This document shows, one piece after another, positions 15,430 to 26,166 of a DNA stretch of 43,424 nt; position 1 is the stretch's first letter, and each line of letters opens with the position of its first letter. Under the pieces are notes generated by a model, which saw nothing but the letters and a program-made list of their open reading frames with translations, made no database searches and was not told where the DNA came from. The position numbers and the translations under genes were made by a program. This stretch comes from a virus (lineage: Duplodnaviria; Caudoviricetes), in the IMG/VR virus record IMGVR_UViG_3300020045_010099, positions 1-43,424 of that record; one strand, 5' to 3'.

Positions 15430-16890
15430 ATGGCTACTGGACAGTTGCAGGTACCACGAAAGTTGATGCCCTTTGTTATGAAGAAGAAGCGTTACAAAGT
15501 AGCGTTTGGTGGGCGTGGTGGTGCTAAGTCTATGACGATTGCTAACTTGTTGTCTATGAAAGTGCAGACTGAAGAAGCCCTGGTTGGTTGTCTGAGGGAG
15601 TATCAAAATAGCCTTGAGGATAGCGTTTTTTCACTGTTGAAGACTCGAATTAACGCCCTTGGACTTAACAACTTTAATTTTAAGAATAACCGCATTCGGC
15701 ATACTAATGGAGGGGGCTTTAGATTTAAAGGTCTAGCAAGATCCATTGATGCTATTAAATCAATGTTTGGCTTTAAGTACTTTTGGTTAGAAGAGGGTCA
15801 GTTTATTTCAAGTGATAGTTTGAAAATCTTGACCCCAACTCTTCGTGAAACAGACTCTGAATTGTGGATATCTGCTAATCCTATGAGTGAAATGGATCCG
15901 TTCTCACAACGCTTCATAGTACCATATATTGATGAAATAAATAAAAATGGATTCTATGAAGATGATATGCACTATATAGTGAAGATAAATTATAGGGATA
16001 ACCCTTGGTTTCCAGAGTCCCTCGAGCAAGAACGCCAATTAGATTTTAGGTTATTACCAAGGGCTTTGTATGATCACGTGTGGGAAGGTGCTTTTAATGA
16101 CTCTGTTGAAAATGCCCTAGTGTATGCAGAATGGTTTGATGCTTGTGTTGACGCACATGTCAAACTAGGGTTTACGCCAAGAGGGGCCATAGTAGTTGCT
16201 CACGATCCTTCTGATAAAGGAGAGGATCCCAAAGGAATAGCAGTTAGGCATGGAAGCGTTATTCTGGAATGTGCCAATAAGTTTGATGGAGATATTAATG
16301 AAGGGTGTGATTGGGCAACAGACTATGCAGTTCAATACAAAGCTGATCTTTTTTCTTGGGACTGTGACGGAATGGGTGTTGGTCTCAATCGGCAAGTTAC
16401 CAGTGCTTTGAAGGGTAAAAAGATAGCAGTGTCTATGTTTAAGGGGTCAGAGACTCCAGATCGCCCTAAGGCACTTTATGAAAGCACTAGCAATACAAAT
16501 GATCAAAAGACCAATGAAGATGCCTTCTATAATAAAAGAGCTCAGTACTATTTCACACTGAGGGATAGAATAGTCAGAACGTATAAAGCTGTAGCGAATC
16601 ATGAGTATTATGACCCTGAAAAAATGATTTCTTTTTCTTCAAATATTACGGATTTGAGTACTCTACGCACTGAGTTGTGTAGAATGCCGATTAAACCAAA
16701 TGGCAGTGGGTGTTTTGAATTATACTCTAAGCCTGTTATGAAGGCCAAATTTAAGTTTAAGTCTCCCAATTTAAGTGATTCTGTAATGATGTCATTAAGA
16801 ATGCCAACAGTTGGTTTAACGAGTGAAAATGCAGTCATGCCTCCTCCATTAAGAACTATGGGTGGAGCGTTAAGAATAAGACACGGGTAA
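15430..16890 (+). CDS. terL: Terminase large subunit (PBSX/Sf6-like)
   Basis: Walker A GGRGGAKS, CLREYQNSLEDSV, WLEEG, LTPTLR, HDPS, WDCDGMG, SPNLSDS. Confidence 0.95.
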   Translation: MATGQLQVPRKLMPFVMKKKRYKVAFGGRGGAKSMTIANLLSMKVQTEEALVGCLREYQNSLEDSVFSLLKTRINALGLNNFNFKNNRIRHTNGGGFRFKGLARSIDAIKSMFGFKYFWLEEGQFISSDSLKILTPTLRETDSELWISANPMSEMDPFSQRFIVPYIDEINKNGFYEDDMHYIVKINYRDNPWFPESLEQERQLDFRLLPRALYDHVWEGAFNDSVENALVYAEWFDACVDAHVKLGFTPRGAIVVAHDPSDKGEDPKGIAVRHGSVILECANKFDGDINEGCDWATDYAVQYKADLFSWDCDGMGVGLNRQVTSALKGKKIAVSMFKGSETPDRPKALYESTSNTNDQKTNEDAFYNKRAQYYFTLRDRIVRTYKAVANHEYYDPEKMISFSSNITDLSTLRTELCRMPIKPNGSGCFELYSKPVMKAKFKFKSPNLSDSVMMSLRMPTVGLTSENAVMPPPLRTMGGALRIRHG

Positions 16891-16902
16891 AAGAGGAATA
16901 GT

Positions 16903-19053
16903 ATGCTTGAACTCAAAGACATAAAAGCTTTACATGAAAAAGCTTTTATTCACAATCAGACTACTAGAGAAAAAGCAGCAAATGATTTAGTGTTCTACTG
17001 GATAACACAGTGGGATGACACTATTCTTTCTGATACCCAGTTGTTGTATAAAGGTGAGTTTAATGTGTTACGTAAAGCTGGAAGGCAAATATTATCAGAT
17101 TTAATGGCAAACCCAGTTCAGATCGATTTCCAGCCAATTGGAGAAACTGAAGAAGACTCCAAAGAAATAATTGATGGGCTATACAGAACTGATGATGCAA
17201 AAAACACATCCATTGAAGCATATGAAGTTGGTAGTCAAGAGTCAGTCGTGTGTGGGATTGGAGCTTGGGAACTATATAACGCGTATGAGTCTATTAGAAC
17301 CGGAGATAATAAGCAAGTAATTAAACGCAGGCCCATCCATGAAGCAAACAACGTAGTATTCTTTGACCCACAGTCTAAACGTTTAGATAGGTCTGATGCA
17401 AAATATGTGTCAGTTATACATTCATACTCAGCTAAAGGGTTTGAGGACTTGTATGAGGATTTAACCGGTGAAGCTCCACATGCTGGATATGCATCAGATT
17501 TCGCTTTTCCAGAACATTCATATACCTTTCCATGGAGAAGTGGCGCGTCTGAGAAGATATACATAGTAGACTTTTATCACAAAGAAAAAGTTAGGGATAA
17601 AATTCTAACTATGACAGACCCCATAGGTCAGACTCTTGTAATTAAAGAGTCTTCTTTGGCAGACGTCATGGATGACATGCTTGATGCTGGATACGTTGTA
17701 GAATCTAGTAAAGATATAATGCGCTGGAAAATTACAAAGTATATAGTATCTGGAATCAAAATACTTGATACAAAAGAATTTCCCGGTGAATATATACCTA
17801 TTGTTCCCATTTTTGGTGAACACGCAGTTATTGAAGGCGAAGATCATTGGGAGGGTGTAACAAGGCTAGCTAAAGACCCATCAACGTTGCGGAATTTTGC
17901 ATTTTCATACCTAGCTGATATTTTGATGCGTTCTCCGAGAGAAAAACCAATATTCTTTCAGGAACAAATTGCTGGGTATGAGAACATGTACAGCTTAAGT
18001 GGAGCTGAGAATAATTATCCATACCTACTCCAAAATAGAATGTCGGGTGATGGGACTGAATTGCCTATTGGACCTGTTGCAGTAATGCCCGCACAGGGTA
18101 TGCCTGCACCATTGCCTTCTATAATAGAATTGACAAAGAGTGCTGTTGAAGATGTCGCTAACCCTGGCCTTCCTCAGGATATAGCGGATCCTGATTCATC
18201 TGGAAAAGCGGTTCTTGCAGTTCAAGCAAGAATAGAAATGCAGTCTTTAGTATACCAAGAGCACCTAAAACATGCTAAAAGGTATGATGCTTTAGTCTAC
18301 GCCAGTATGTCTGCAGAAATTCTTGATGTACCAAAAACTGTTCTTTTGACGAGGCCAGATGGTTCTAAAAAGCCGACTGAGCTGATGAATGCTATTATTG
18401 ATAAAGAGACAGGGGACATAGTAATTATAAATGATTTGACAAACTCTGAGTTCGAGGTTACTTCAACCATTGGACCCAGTTATAGTTCGCAAAAAGACCA
18501 GACCATTGACAGACTATTAAACTTAATGACTGTAGTTGACAGAAGCGACCCCGTTCATAGTGCTCTCGTTTTAAAACTCTTGAAAATTATGGACGGCGTT
18601 GATTTTGATGACATACGCGAGTATGCCAACACTCGGTTAGTTTTGATGGGAATACGCAAACCTGAGACTGAAGAAGAAATTAAGGCTTGGGAAGACCAGC
18701 AAAAGAAAGGTGATCAAAAGCCAGCAGACTTAGTTCTCGCTGAAGCTGAAGTGTTGAAAGGTCAAGCTGATATGCTTGAGGCTCAAAATAACGTGACTAA
18801 AATGCAGTTAGAAGCACAGAATGAAATCTTAAAGAGGAAGATAGATACGTTCGAAGCGCAGACCGCGCGCTTAGAAACTCAGATAAAGGCAATTGAAGCT
18901 GGGGCGAATATTCAGAATAAAAAGGTAGATTCTTTTGGCAAAGATATTGACAATCAAGCTAAAGTTATTAAATTACAGCAACCAAAAGAACCTCAATTGC
19001 CACTACCTGAAGACATGTCTGATGAAGAATTATTTGCACAATTAGCGGTTTAA
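16903..19053 (+). CDS. P22-like portal protein
   Basis: 716 aa after terL; QW, G.GAW, FPGEYIPIVPIFG, G.TRLAKDP, SGKAV, C-terminal helical barrel. Confidence 0.93.
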   Translation: MLELKDIKALHEKAFIHNQTTREKAANDLVFYWITQWDDTILSDTQLLYKGEFNVLRKAGRQILSDLMANPVQIDFQPIGETEEDSKEIIDGLYRTDDAKNTSIEAYEVGSQESVVCGIGAWELYNAYESIRTGDNKQVIKRRPIHEANNVVFFDPQSKRLDRSDAKYVSVIHSYSAKGFEDLYEDLTGEAPHAGYASDFAFPEHSYTFPWRSGASEKIYIVDFYHKEKVRDKILTMTDPIGQTLVIKESSLADVMDDMLDAGYVVESSKDIMRWKITKYIVSGIKILDTKEFPGEYIPIVPIFGEHAVIEGEDHWEGVTRLAKDPSTLRNFAFSYLADILMRSPREKPIFFQEQIAGYENMYSLSGAENNYPYLLQNRMSGDGTELPIGPVAVMPAQGMPAPLPSIIELTKSAVEDVANPGLPQDIADPDSSGKAVLAVQARIEMQSLVYQEHLKHAKRYDALVYASMSAEILDVPKTVLLTRPDGSKKPTELMNAIIDKETGDIVIINDLTNSEFEVTSTIGPSYSSQKDQTIDRLLNLMTVVDRSDPVHSALVLKLLKIMDGVDFDDIREYANTRLVLMGIRKPETEEEIKAWEDQQKKGDQKPADLVLAEAEVLKGQADMLEAQNNVTKMQLEAQNEILKRKIDTFEAQTARLETQIKAIEAGANIQNKKVDSFGKDIDNQAKVIKLQQPKEPQLPLPEDMSDEELFAQLAV

Positions 19054-19124
19054 CTGAGGCGCTCAGTCCAAACGCAGTTACATATAACTCATATATGGCA
19101 TCCTAACAGTAAGGAGAAATACTG

Positions 19125-20093
19125 GTGAACCTGTCTGAACTAAAAGCAAAAAATGAAGAAGAGGCAAAGGTTAAAGAGATAATTGACCCAGTCATTACAG
19201 ATGATTCTCCGGTTGATCCACTTATTGATCCTCCAGTTGATCCTCCAGTTGATGGGGCCGATGAACCATGGAAAGAGATTGACAAACAGGAGTCAATTGA
19301 AGTTCCAGTAGCAACACATATCCATATAAAACAAAAGCTTAAAGGCAAAATATCAGAACGGGATGACAAGATAGCAGCTTTAGAGAGGACTATTGAAGAA
19401 CTTAAAGCCAAAGTGACCCCTCAGTCTAAAGTGTCTGATACACCGTCTTTAGCTAGACCGAAAGCTAGTGACTACTTAAAGTCTGAAGATTATGAAGAAG
19501 ACTTGGCAATTTATGAATCTAATTTAGTACAGAGCCATGTGGCAAAAGAACTCGCCAAGATCAATTCGAGTTCGTCATCACAACGGCAACTTAAAGATCT
19601 TGAAACGTCGGTTGATCAGCATTATGCAAGGGCCAACAGCTTGGTTGAAAAGAGTGGTATTACTCCTGAAGTTTATAAAGCTGCAGATTCAGCAGTTAGA
19701 ATGGCAATGGAGTCCATAAAACCAGGAGCTGGAGATTTGATAGTCGATCAACTTATCATGGTCCTTGGAGAGGGATCCGAAAAAGTATTGTATTATGTCG
19801 GGCGTAATGAAGCTGCTCTTACGATGGTAAAAAGTTTAGTAGCTTCTGACCCCTCTGGAATGCGAGCGGCTATTTATTTAGGACAACAAAAACAACGTTT
19901 AACAAAAACATCGGCACGTGTTAGTAAAGCTCCTGCGCCATCTACAGAAATTTCAAGTGATACGACAAGTACTCCAAAAGCAGAGGCTCTGTTGAAAAAG
20001 TACAAAGAAGCTCATGCAAAAGGTAATTTGCAAGCAGCTTACAACTTGAAAAAAGAGGCTAAAGCAGCCAAACTGAACGTGTCTTCGTGGTAA
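19125..20093 (+). CDS. Scaffolding protein
   Basis: Between portal and coat; acidic N-terminus, coiled coils, P22-like C-terminal helix-turn-helix. Confidence 0.85.
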   Translation: MNLSELKAKNEEEAKVKEIIDPVITDDSPVDPLIDPPVDPPVDGADEPWKEIDKQESIEVPVATHIHIKQKLKGKISERDDKIAALERTIEELKAKVTPQSKVSDTPSLARPKASDYLKSEDYEEDLAIYESNLVQSHVAKELAKINSSSSSQRQLKDLETSVDQHYARANSLVEKSGITPEVYKAADSAVRMAMESIKPGAGDLIVDQLIMVLGEGSEKVLYYVGRNEAALTMVKSLVASDPSGMRAAIYLGQQKQRLTKTSARVSKAPAPSTEISSDTTSTPKAEALLKKYKEAHAKGNLQAAYNLKKEAKAAKLNVSSW

Positions 20094-20108
20094 AAAGGAG
20101 ACCTAGAA

Positions 20109-21383
20109 ATGTTAACAACTGGTAAGGTCGTAGAAATACTTTTTGAGAAATCTATTGAAACTCACGAACTGCAGACTCAAATGCTCGATCACGTGACTTA
20201 TGAGTCCCCTGATCCAGCTATGATGCAGAACGCCGGGAATGTGTATTGGAAGCCTGTTCAGCAACACGCTCCGATCATTTCCGGATGGGACTTAACTGGT
20301 CAAGAGACTGGAATTATTGAAGAAACGTATCCGACAGTTTTGGGTACTCCTTCAAACGATTTCGTCAAAATGCGTGTTGATGACATGCGAGATCAGCGGT
20401 TCTGGGAACGACGTGGTGAAGAATCTGGTCGGCGCCAGGCAGCTGAGTTGAATAAAGCAATCGCTTCGGCAATCGCTATTCAGGGAAGCATGTTCTATCT
20501 GTCTAATGCCACCTCTGGATATGACTTCATCGCTGAAGCTCAGGCTCTTATGAATGAACGACAGACAAACAAGTCTTCCAGATCTTTCTGGCTTAATGAT
20601 CGCGATTTGTTGGTCTTTTCATCTGACTTGGCAGGTCGGCAGACCTTGCAGGGTCAACCAGCAAGCACTTGGAAAACCGGTCAGATCGGTGCCAATATCG
20701 CTGAGTTTGATTTGTTTACCGCGTCATTTTTGCCGAACATTACTGGTGGTGCAGATCCCGCAACTACAGTAACTGGTGATCATTCTTTCGCTCCTCAGGC
20801 AGGTTCAGTTGTTGTGGCTACAGGTGTTGTAACAAATGTCGACTACAGAATCGCAAGTATTATTGTGGCTTCTTCTGCATCATATACTGTTGGCGATAAA
20901 GTGACATTTGCCAATTCTGGAGTTACAGTGAATGCTCTTGGTTTGCAAGATAAAACTACTACAGGTCAGGCCATGACCTTTACTATCGTAGGTAAGCCTG
21001 ACTCAACTCACATTCAGGTTTATCCCAAACCTATTGCGGCCAATGATACAAGTTTGACTACTCTCGAACTTTCATACGCAAACGTTGACACCAAAATTTT
21101 GAACGCGGCCACAGTCAATCGAGTGAACATTGACGCTTCTAAGAAAGTCAATTTGTTCTTTGACAAATCTGCGGTTGAAGTAACTGGCGGTGTTGTTCCA
21201 ATGAGCTTGCTCAAACAGTTTGATGGCATGAAAGTAATCTCTGATACCATGAAAAATGGTCAGGTTATGTACCTTGTGTATGACGGTAAACTGGATGATC
21301 TTACTCTCAGATGGAGACTTTTCACATGGTACGGCATTACAGTATGTGCGCCTTTTAACTGCGGCGTAGCTGTAAGGTTCTAA
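20109..21383 (+). CDS. Major capsid protein (P22 coat family)
   Basis: 424 aa; W.PVQQHAPII.GWDLTG, D.RD, NVDYR, terminal R..TWYG....P..CGV as in P22 gp5. Confidence 0.93.
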   Translation: MLTTGKVVEILFEKSIETHELQTQMLDHVTYESPDPAMMQNAGNVYWKPVQQHAPIISGWDLTGQETGIIEETYPTVLGTPSNDFVKMRVDDMRDQRFWERRGEESGRRQAAELNKAIASAIAIQGSMFYLSNATSGYDFIAEAQALMNERQTNKSSRSFWLNDRDLLVFSSDLAGRQTLQGQPASTWKTGQIGANIAEFDLFTASFLPNITGGADPATTVTGDHSFAPQAGSVVVATGVVTNVDYRIASIIVASSASYTVGDKVTFANSGVTVNALGLQDKTTTGQAMTFTIVGKPDSTHIQVYPKPIAANDTSLTTLELSYANVDTKILNAATVNRVNIDASKKVNLFFDKSAVEVTGGVVPMSLLKQFDGMKVISDTMKNGQVMYLVYDGKLDDLTLRWRLFTWYGITVCAPFNCGVAVRF

Positions 21384-21412
21384 GAATTTTAATCTTTGGC
21401 TTTTAACTAAAT

Positions 21413-21437
21413 GAGCAGGAGGAAACACCTCCTGCTC
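21413..21437 (+). terminator. Stem-loop after coat gene (terminator or stabiliser)
   Basis: GAGCAGGAGG-AAACA-CCTCCTGCTC, weak U tract. Confidence 0.55.
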
Positions 21438-21455
21438 TATTAAAGGAGATATAAA

Positions 21456-21824
21456 ATGAAAGCAACCGTTTTGGAATTTCGGCATCATTCTTTGATCACA
21501 GATTATGCTGATAGTCCCAAGTTGGCTGTTGCGGCTGATGTTCTGGCGATGCCCGTAACACATCCTATTATTTCAAAAACTACGGGGGGTGATGCTGAAG
21601 CTTTGACCCTTGCAGACGGACAACCTGGACAGTTGTTAGTGATTATCCTTGCAACTGATGGTGGTGGAGATGGTACGCTCACTCCTACTACCAAAACAGG
21701 GTTTGCTACCATCGTGTTCGCTGATGCTGGTGACCGAGCTGTTCTGATGTACGTCGATGATACGATTGGATGGATCATCATCAGCCTTTCCGGTGTATCT
21801 GCTCCTCCTGTATCAACTGTTTAA
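21456..21824 (+). CDS. Putative virion (head decoration) protein
   Basis: Gly/Thr/Ala-rich beta protein after coat; LTLADG..GQ pattern. Confidence 0.6.
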   Translation: MKATVLEFRHHSLITDYADSPKLAVAADVLAMPVTHPIISKTTGGDAEALTLADGQPGQLLVIILATDGGGDGTLTPTTKTGFATIVFADAGDRAVLMYVDDTIGWIIISLSGVSAPPVSTV

Positions 21825-21870
21825 TCAAGTCTACCTTGGCATAATTTGCCACTGAACAAAGGAGATTAAA

Positions 21871-22779
21871 ATGAGAAAGCGCGATTTTTACCATACTGGT
21901 CTTCAGGTTTCAAGAAGTGATATGAAGCAATTGATTGCTCCCAATCCTTCAGGAGCTGAAGACTATTATGTTGATGGCAACGTCAACACTACCGGAGAAG
22001 GTAGCAAAGACTATCCTTTCTCTACACTGGCTGAAGCTATTGCAGCTAGTAATGCGTCTATCGCTGCGGCTAGAAATCGCTGGTGGGCGAGGCGGAACCG
22101 AATTTTTTGCATGGGTGATGTTCTCGATGAGAGTTTGACCCGGCTTCCCACTAAGTGTGACGTCATAGGCCTCGGGTCATATGACGGCAACACTAAATGC
22201 GGGCTTTCCGGCATGCATAGTTCGTCAGCTGAGGCGTACGGCACCCGATGGATGAACATGCATTTTAAGGCAGATGCTGCGGCCGCTGCAATATTCACAC
22301 TAGCAGGGGCAACCAATGTATCAGGTCAAGAGTTTTACGAGTGCATGTTTGATGCTACTGCAGGGACCGTAACAAGTGCAATTTTGGCCACTGCAACTCC
22401 TGGGCTCAAAGTTATTGACTGTGAACTATCTGGAGCCTTCGCAACGTCATTTATTTCTTTTGGTGCAGGCGAAGCAGGCAAAGCCTTGATTAAGGGGAAT
22501 ACTATGGCAGGGTGTCTGGGAAAAGGTATTGTTATGGCAAGTACCACTACTGCTTCTTGGGCCATGCTATTAATCGATAACTTTATTCAGTGTGCGGGTA
22601 TTTGGGTTGATGATGATGCAGACCTCCTGTATGTTGTCAACAACCGGGCTGTAACAGCTGTAGATTGTGCGACATATACAGCAGGTTTCGACATGAATTT
22701 ATTGCGAGCGTCTGGAAATTTACAGACTGGTAGCAATGCTGGAGACCATGACTCCGTTCCGCATGTGTTGTTTGCGTAA
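21871..22779 (+). CDS. Putative beta-helix virion protein
   Basis: YYVDGN...GS.DYPFSTLAEAI N-terminus typical of pectin-lyase-like beta helices. Confidence 0.6.
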   Translation: MRKRDFYHTGLQVSRSDMKQLIAPNPSGAEDYYVDGNVNTTGEGSKDYPFSTLAEAIAASNASIAAARNRWWARRNRIFCMGDVLDESLTRLPTKCDVIGLGSYDGNTKCGLSGMHSSSAEAYGTRWMNMHFKADAAAAAIFTLAGATNVSGQEFYECMFDATAGTVTSAILATATPGLKVIDCELSGAFATSFISFGAGEAGKALIKGNTMAGCLGKGIVMASTTTASWAMLLIDNFIQCAGIWVDDDADLLYVVNNRAVTAVDCATYTAGFDMNLLRASGNLQTGSNAGDHDSVPHVLFA

Positions 22780-22806
22780 TTTCATTTAAAGTATTGGGGA
22801 ACTAAA

Positions 22807-23541
22807 ATGCCCGCTGATAAAGCTTCTATCATAAATGATGCATATTCACAACTTCGTATATCTGGTATACTTGTAGAGCCTAGAGCAGAAGATTCTACTT
22901 TAGCTCTACATAGACTAGAAAATATGATGGCTGAGTTTTTTGCACGTAATATAGGAGTGGGCTATACGTTTGAGAATGAGCCTACAGCGTTATGTTTACA
23001 TAATGTTGACCGGCAGTTTTGGTTCCCCATTGCTTCATGCCTCGCACTAAGATTGTGTTCTGATTTTGGTAAAGAACCGACTATTGCTCTTTTAGCTTGG
23101 GGTAGAAGCGGATTCTCTTTTATGTCTAGTGCTACAGCACTGGTTTCTCAAGTAGCGTATCCGGAAAGAGCGCCACTAGGAAGCGGTAATTCCAATTCAA
23201 TGATAAAAACTAGATTCTTTACACCAATTTCAACTGCGCCAATATCGTCAAAAACTGTTAATATGTATATAGATGACATTGAGGATTTTACTGAGAACTT
23301 TAATTCATTCTTGTTATCTGGTGAAACTCTTTCTTCTGTAGTTATAACAGCGGATTCAGGTCTGACAATAGTTTCTCAATCTGTTAGTTCTCCCATTTTA
23401 AGTTATAGAATAAAGGCTGTTGGGTCCTCTTCAGAAGTATCTAATGAAAGCTTGAGAATAAAAATGGTTGCAACATCTAGTACTGGCCGTATAGAGACTA
23501 GATTCATCTATTTCTCCTTGACCTCCGGGGACTTAAGTTAA
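22807..23541 (+). CDS. P22 gp4-like head-tail adaptor with C-terminal beta-sandwich extension
   Basis: IIN.AY..LRI.G...LE.MMAE..., LALRL..DFG, YP.RAP.GSGN; extra ~95 aa. Confidence 0.8.
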   Translation: MPADKASIINDAYSQLRISGILVEPRAEDSTLALHRLENMMAEFFARNIGVGYTFENEPTALCLHNVDRQFWFPIASCLALRLCSDFGKEPTIALLAWGRSGFSFMSSATALVSQVAYPERAPLGSGNSNSMIKTRFFTPISTAPISSKTVNMYIDDIEDFTENFNSFLLSGETLSSVVITADSGLTIVSQSVSSPILSYRIKAVGSSSEVSNESLRIKMVATSSTGRIETRFIYFSLTSGDLS

Positions 23542-24956
23542 TGACGACTGTTAGCAATATAACTCTTATTAAAGGAGATTCTTCAGGAGCAGAAACTGAC
23601 TATAGAGACGCTTTGCCTGTTAACATGTACGCAGTTGAACGCAAAATGCTAGAGTCTGATGGGTATATGCTTTGCTGTAATGGTATAAAATTTTTCGGCA
23701 CTGGTTCAAATGTTGATAGGGGCGGAGTATACAATGAGAGGTTTAAATATCATTTAAGAGTCTCAGGTACAAAAGCTATTTTAGTTGATGAGTCTGGTGT
23801 AGTAACTGAAATAGGAGATATTCCTGGAAATTCACAAGTAAGACTTACCAATTGCTATAGTTTTAATTCGCAAGGAATTGTAGCCGATGGTAAGTTTTTC
23901 TTAGTATCTCCTTCTGGAGTACTTAGTGAGATGACTGATGCGGATTTAGGCAGTCCGCTTGATGGAGTTTGGATTAACAATTATTATTTTTTCACAGATG
24001 GTGAATATTTATATCACACAGATATAACTGATGAAACTTCCATAGACCCATTAAAGTATGCGACTGCTGAATTTATGCCTGACCCGTCTTTAGGGGTTGA
24101 AAAAACTTCAGATAATAAAGTCATGGTTTTTGGTAGATACTCGATTGAATTTTTAGCTGATACCGCTACAACTAACTTTGCTTTTCAAAGACTTGAGACA
24201 CGGGCTTTAAAAATAGGAATTGTATCTACTCATGCTAAGTGTGAATCTGATGGCATATTTTTTATAGTTGGTGGGTATAGGACTAGTGGGTTAGGTGTGT
24301 ATGCTATATCTTCCGATGTACAAAAGGTTTCAACCAGAGAAATTGATAAGATACTAGGAAAGTATACTGAACCTGAATTGTCAGATATTAGAGTAGAGGC
24401 TAGGACAGAGAATGACACCACATTTATCATTATACACCTGCCAAATGAAACTTTATGTTTTAACCAAAAAATTGCTGAATCAATAGGGTTATCAAATGCT
24501 TGGACTTTACTTTCATCAAGCGTTACTAATCAATGGGCGTATAGGGGTATCAATTGTGTGTTTGACCCTAGAATATCTAAATGGGTGATAGGTGATAGGT
24601 TTAACTCAAACATAGGGGTGCTTGACGAGACACTAGTCACACAGTATGGCGTGAAAGTAGAGTGGAAGTTATTTACCCCATATATTAACTTAGCAGATCA
24701 GTCTATAGATTCACTTGAGATAGAAGTAATTCCTGGTTTTACAAATACCTATGACGCTGATGTCTTTTTGTCAGCATCATACAATGGAGTAACATATGGA
24801 ACTGAGGTACTGATGGAGTATGGCAATCCATTTGATTACGAGCATCATTTGGAAGTTTATCGTTTAGGATACTGCCCTCAATGGATAGGTTTTAAACTTA
24901 GGGGGGTGTCTGAATCTAAAATGGCATTTGGAACCTTGGTACTAACTCATGGCTAA
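23541..24956 (+). CDS. P22 gp10-like packaged DNA stabilisation (tail hub) protein
   Basis: LIKGD.....DYRDALPVNM, DRG..YN, YATAEFMPD, G.VSTHAK, RLG......GFK.R. Confidence 0.9.
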   Translation: MTTVSNITLIKGDSSGAETDYRDALPVNMYAVERKMLESDGYMLCCNGIKFFGTGSNVDRGGVYNERFKYHLRVSGTKAILVDESGVVTEIGDIPGNSQVRLTNCYSFNSQGIVADGKFFLVSPSGVLSEMTDADLGSPLDGVWINNYYFFTDGEYLYHTDITDETSIDPLKYATAEFMPDPSLGVEKTSDNKVMVFGRYSIEFLADTATTNFAFQRLETRALKIGIVSTHAKCESDGIFFIVGGYRTSGLGVYAISSDVQKVSTREIDKILGKYTEPELSDIRVEARTENDTTFIIIHLPNETLCFNQKIAESIGLSNAWTLLSSSVTNQWAYRGINCVFDPRISKWVIGDRFNSNIGVLDETLVTQYGVKVEWKLFTPYINLADQSIDSLEIEVIPGFTNTYDADVFLSASYNGVTYGTEVLMEYGNPFDYEHHLEVYRLGYCPQWIGFKLRGVSESKMAFGTLVLTHG

Positions 24957-25818
24957 ATTGGTCTTACCACATATTCCGCGTTCCATTATGTTCAAAGATG
25001 GAGTAATGACCATTGAATGGCATGAATTTTTCAGATCCTTATATGAAAGAGTTGGCGGCATTGATACATTAGACATATCCAGTATGCTAGAAGCTATAGT
25101 ATCTGGGGTTTTTAAAACACCTAACTTACTTGGAGCTTTAAAAGAGATCGAAGAGGCGTTATCTCTTATAACTGTTACAGAGCCCACTAGAAGGGTATTG
25201 CAAGGACTTAAGTATACAGATTCTCCTTCTTTTAACTCAGTTAAATTATCAGCTCTTTCTGATGGTAAAGTACCTTATAACAGTACGGCTGACGGCCTTA
25301 AGGATAGTCCATTATCCACTGATGGTACGGATGCTACAGCTTCTGGTGTTTTTACAGCGTCTATGCTGCGGCAGTCTAGTACTTGGCACGCATACGGTGG
25401 ATTCCAGTTAGCTGATATAACGCTCACATTAACTACTAAGGATGATTGGTATCATATCACTAATGTCACCAACGACCTTTGGGTAGGAACAGAAGTTGAT
25501 GATATTACAGTAAGTGGAGACATATTCACCATTGTAAATGCTGGTGATTATACTGGGGTTGTTTCTATAACTTTCTCAGACTTAGCTAACAGGGATTTTC
25601 GAATTCGTTTATATAACATTACAACATCAACAGTAAGTGGGTACATAATTGGAGAAACCACATCCGGAGCTGCTAATTACGCATGCGTGACTTTACCATT
25701 GTATATAGAAGCTGCAGCTGGTGATACTTTCAGACTTGAACTTACATGTACCTCTGTGAATGCCGCGACTCCAGTCATTAGAAGTGCTATATTTACCATG
25801 GTATATCTCCACTCTTAA
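24949..25818 (+). CDS. Putative tail protein (gp26 position) with C-terminal jelly-roll
   Basis: Synteny; EW.EFF..LYERVGG N-terminus; beta-rich C-terminus. Confidence 0.55.
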   Translation: MAKLVLPHIPRSIMFKDGVMTIEWHEFFRSLYERVGGIDTLDISSMLEAIVSGVFKTPNLLGALKEIEEALSLITVTEPTRRVLQGLKYTDSPSFNSVKLSALSDGKVPYNSTADGLKDSPLSTDGTDATASGVFTASMLRQSSTWHAYGGFQLADITLTLTTKDDWYHITNVTNDLWVGTEVDDITVSGDIFTIVNAGDYTGVVSITFSDLANRDFRIRLYNITTSTVSGYIIGETTSGAANYACVTLPLYIEAAAGDTFRLELTCTSVNAATPVIRSAIFTMVYLHS

Positions 25819-25830
25819 AGGACATAGAAA

Positions 25831-26166
25831 ATGAGTGTAACTATAAAAAGGGTGTACTTAGGACAAATTGCATCAACTAACACAACAGTATACACATGCC
25901 CACCAAATACAAAAGCTAGGGCCATAAATTGTACAATTACAAATACTGATTCCAGTGCCCGAACAGTCTCGGCTCATAAAGTAGAAACTGGTGGGACTGT
26001 TGCAGATGACCGGTTGTTATTGTCTGCAAAAGCGATAGCAGTCAATGCTACGTATGAACCACCTGAAGTCATAGGGCAAGTTCTCGAGGCGGGTGATTTC
26101 ATTTCAATGGTGGGAAGTGTAGCTAGCAAGTTAACTGTATCTCTAGATGTCGTCGAGATCGTATGA
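25831..26166 (+). CDS. Small putative virion protein
   Basis: TTVYTCP.NT...TNT, GQVLEAGD.I pattern common in podovirus tail modules. Confidence 0.65.
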   Translation: MSVTIKRVYLGQIASTNTTVYTCPPNTKARAINCTITNTDSSARTVSAHKVETGGTVADDRLLLSAKAIAVNATYEPPEVIGQVLEAGDFISMVGSVASKLTVSLDVVEIV

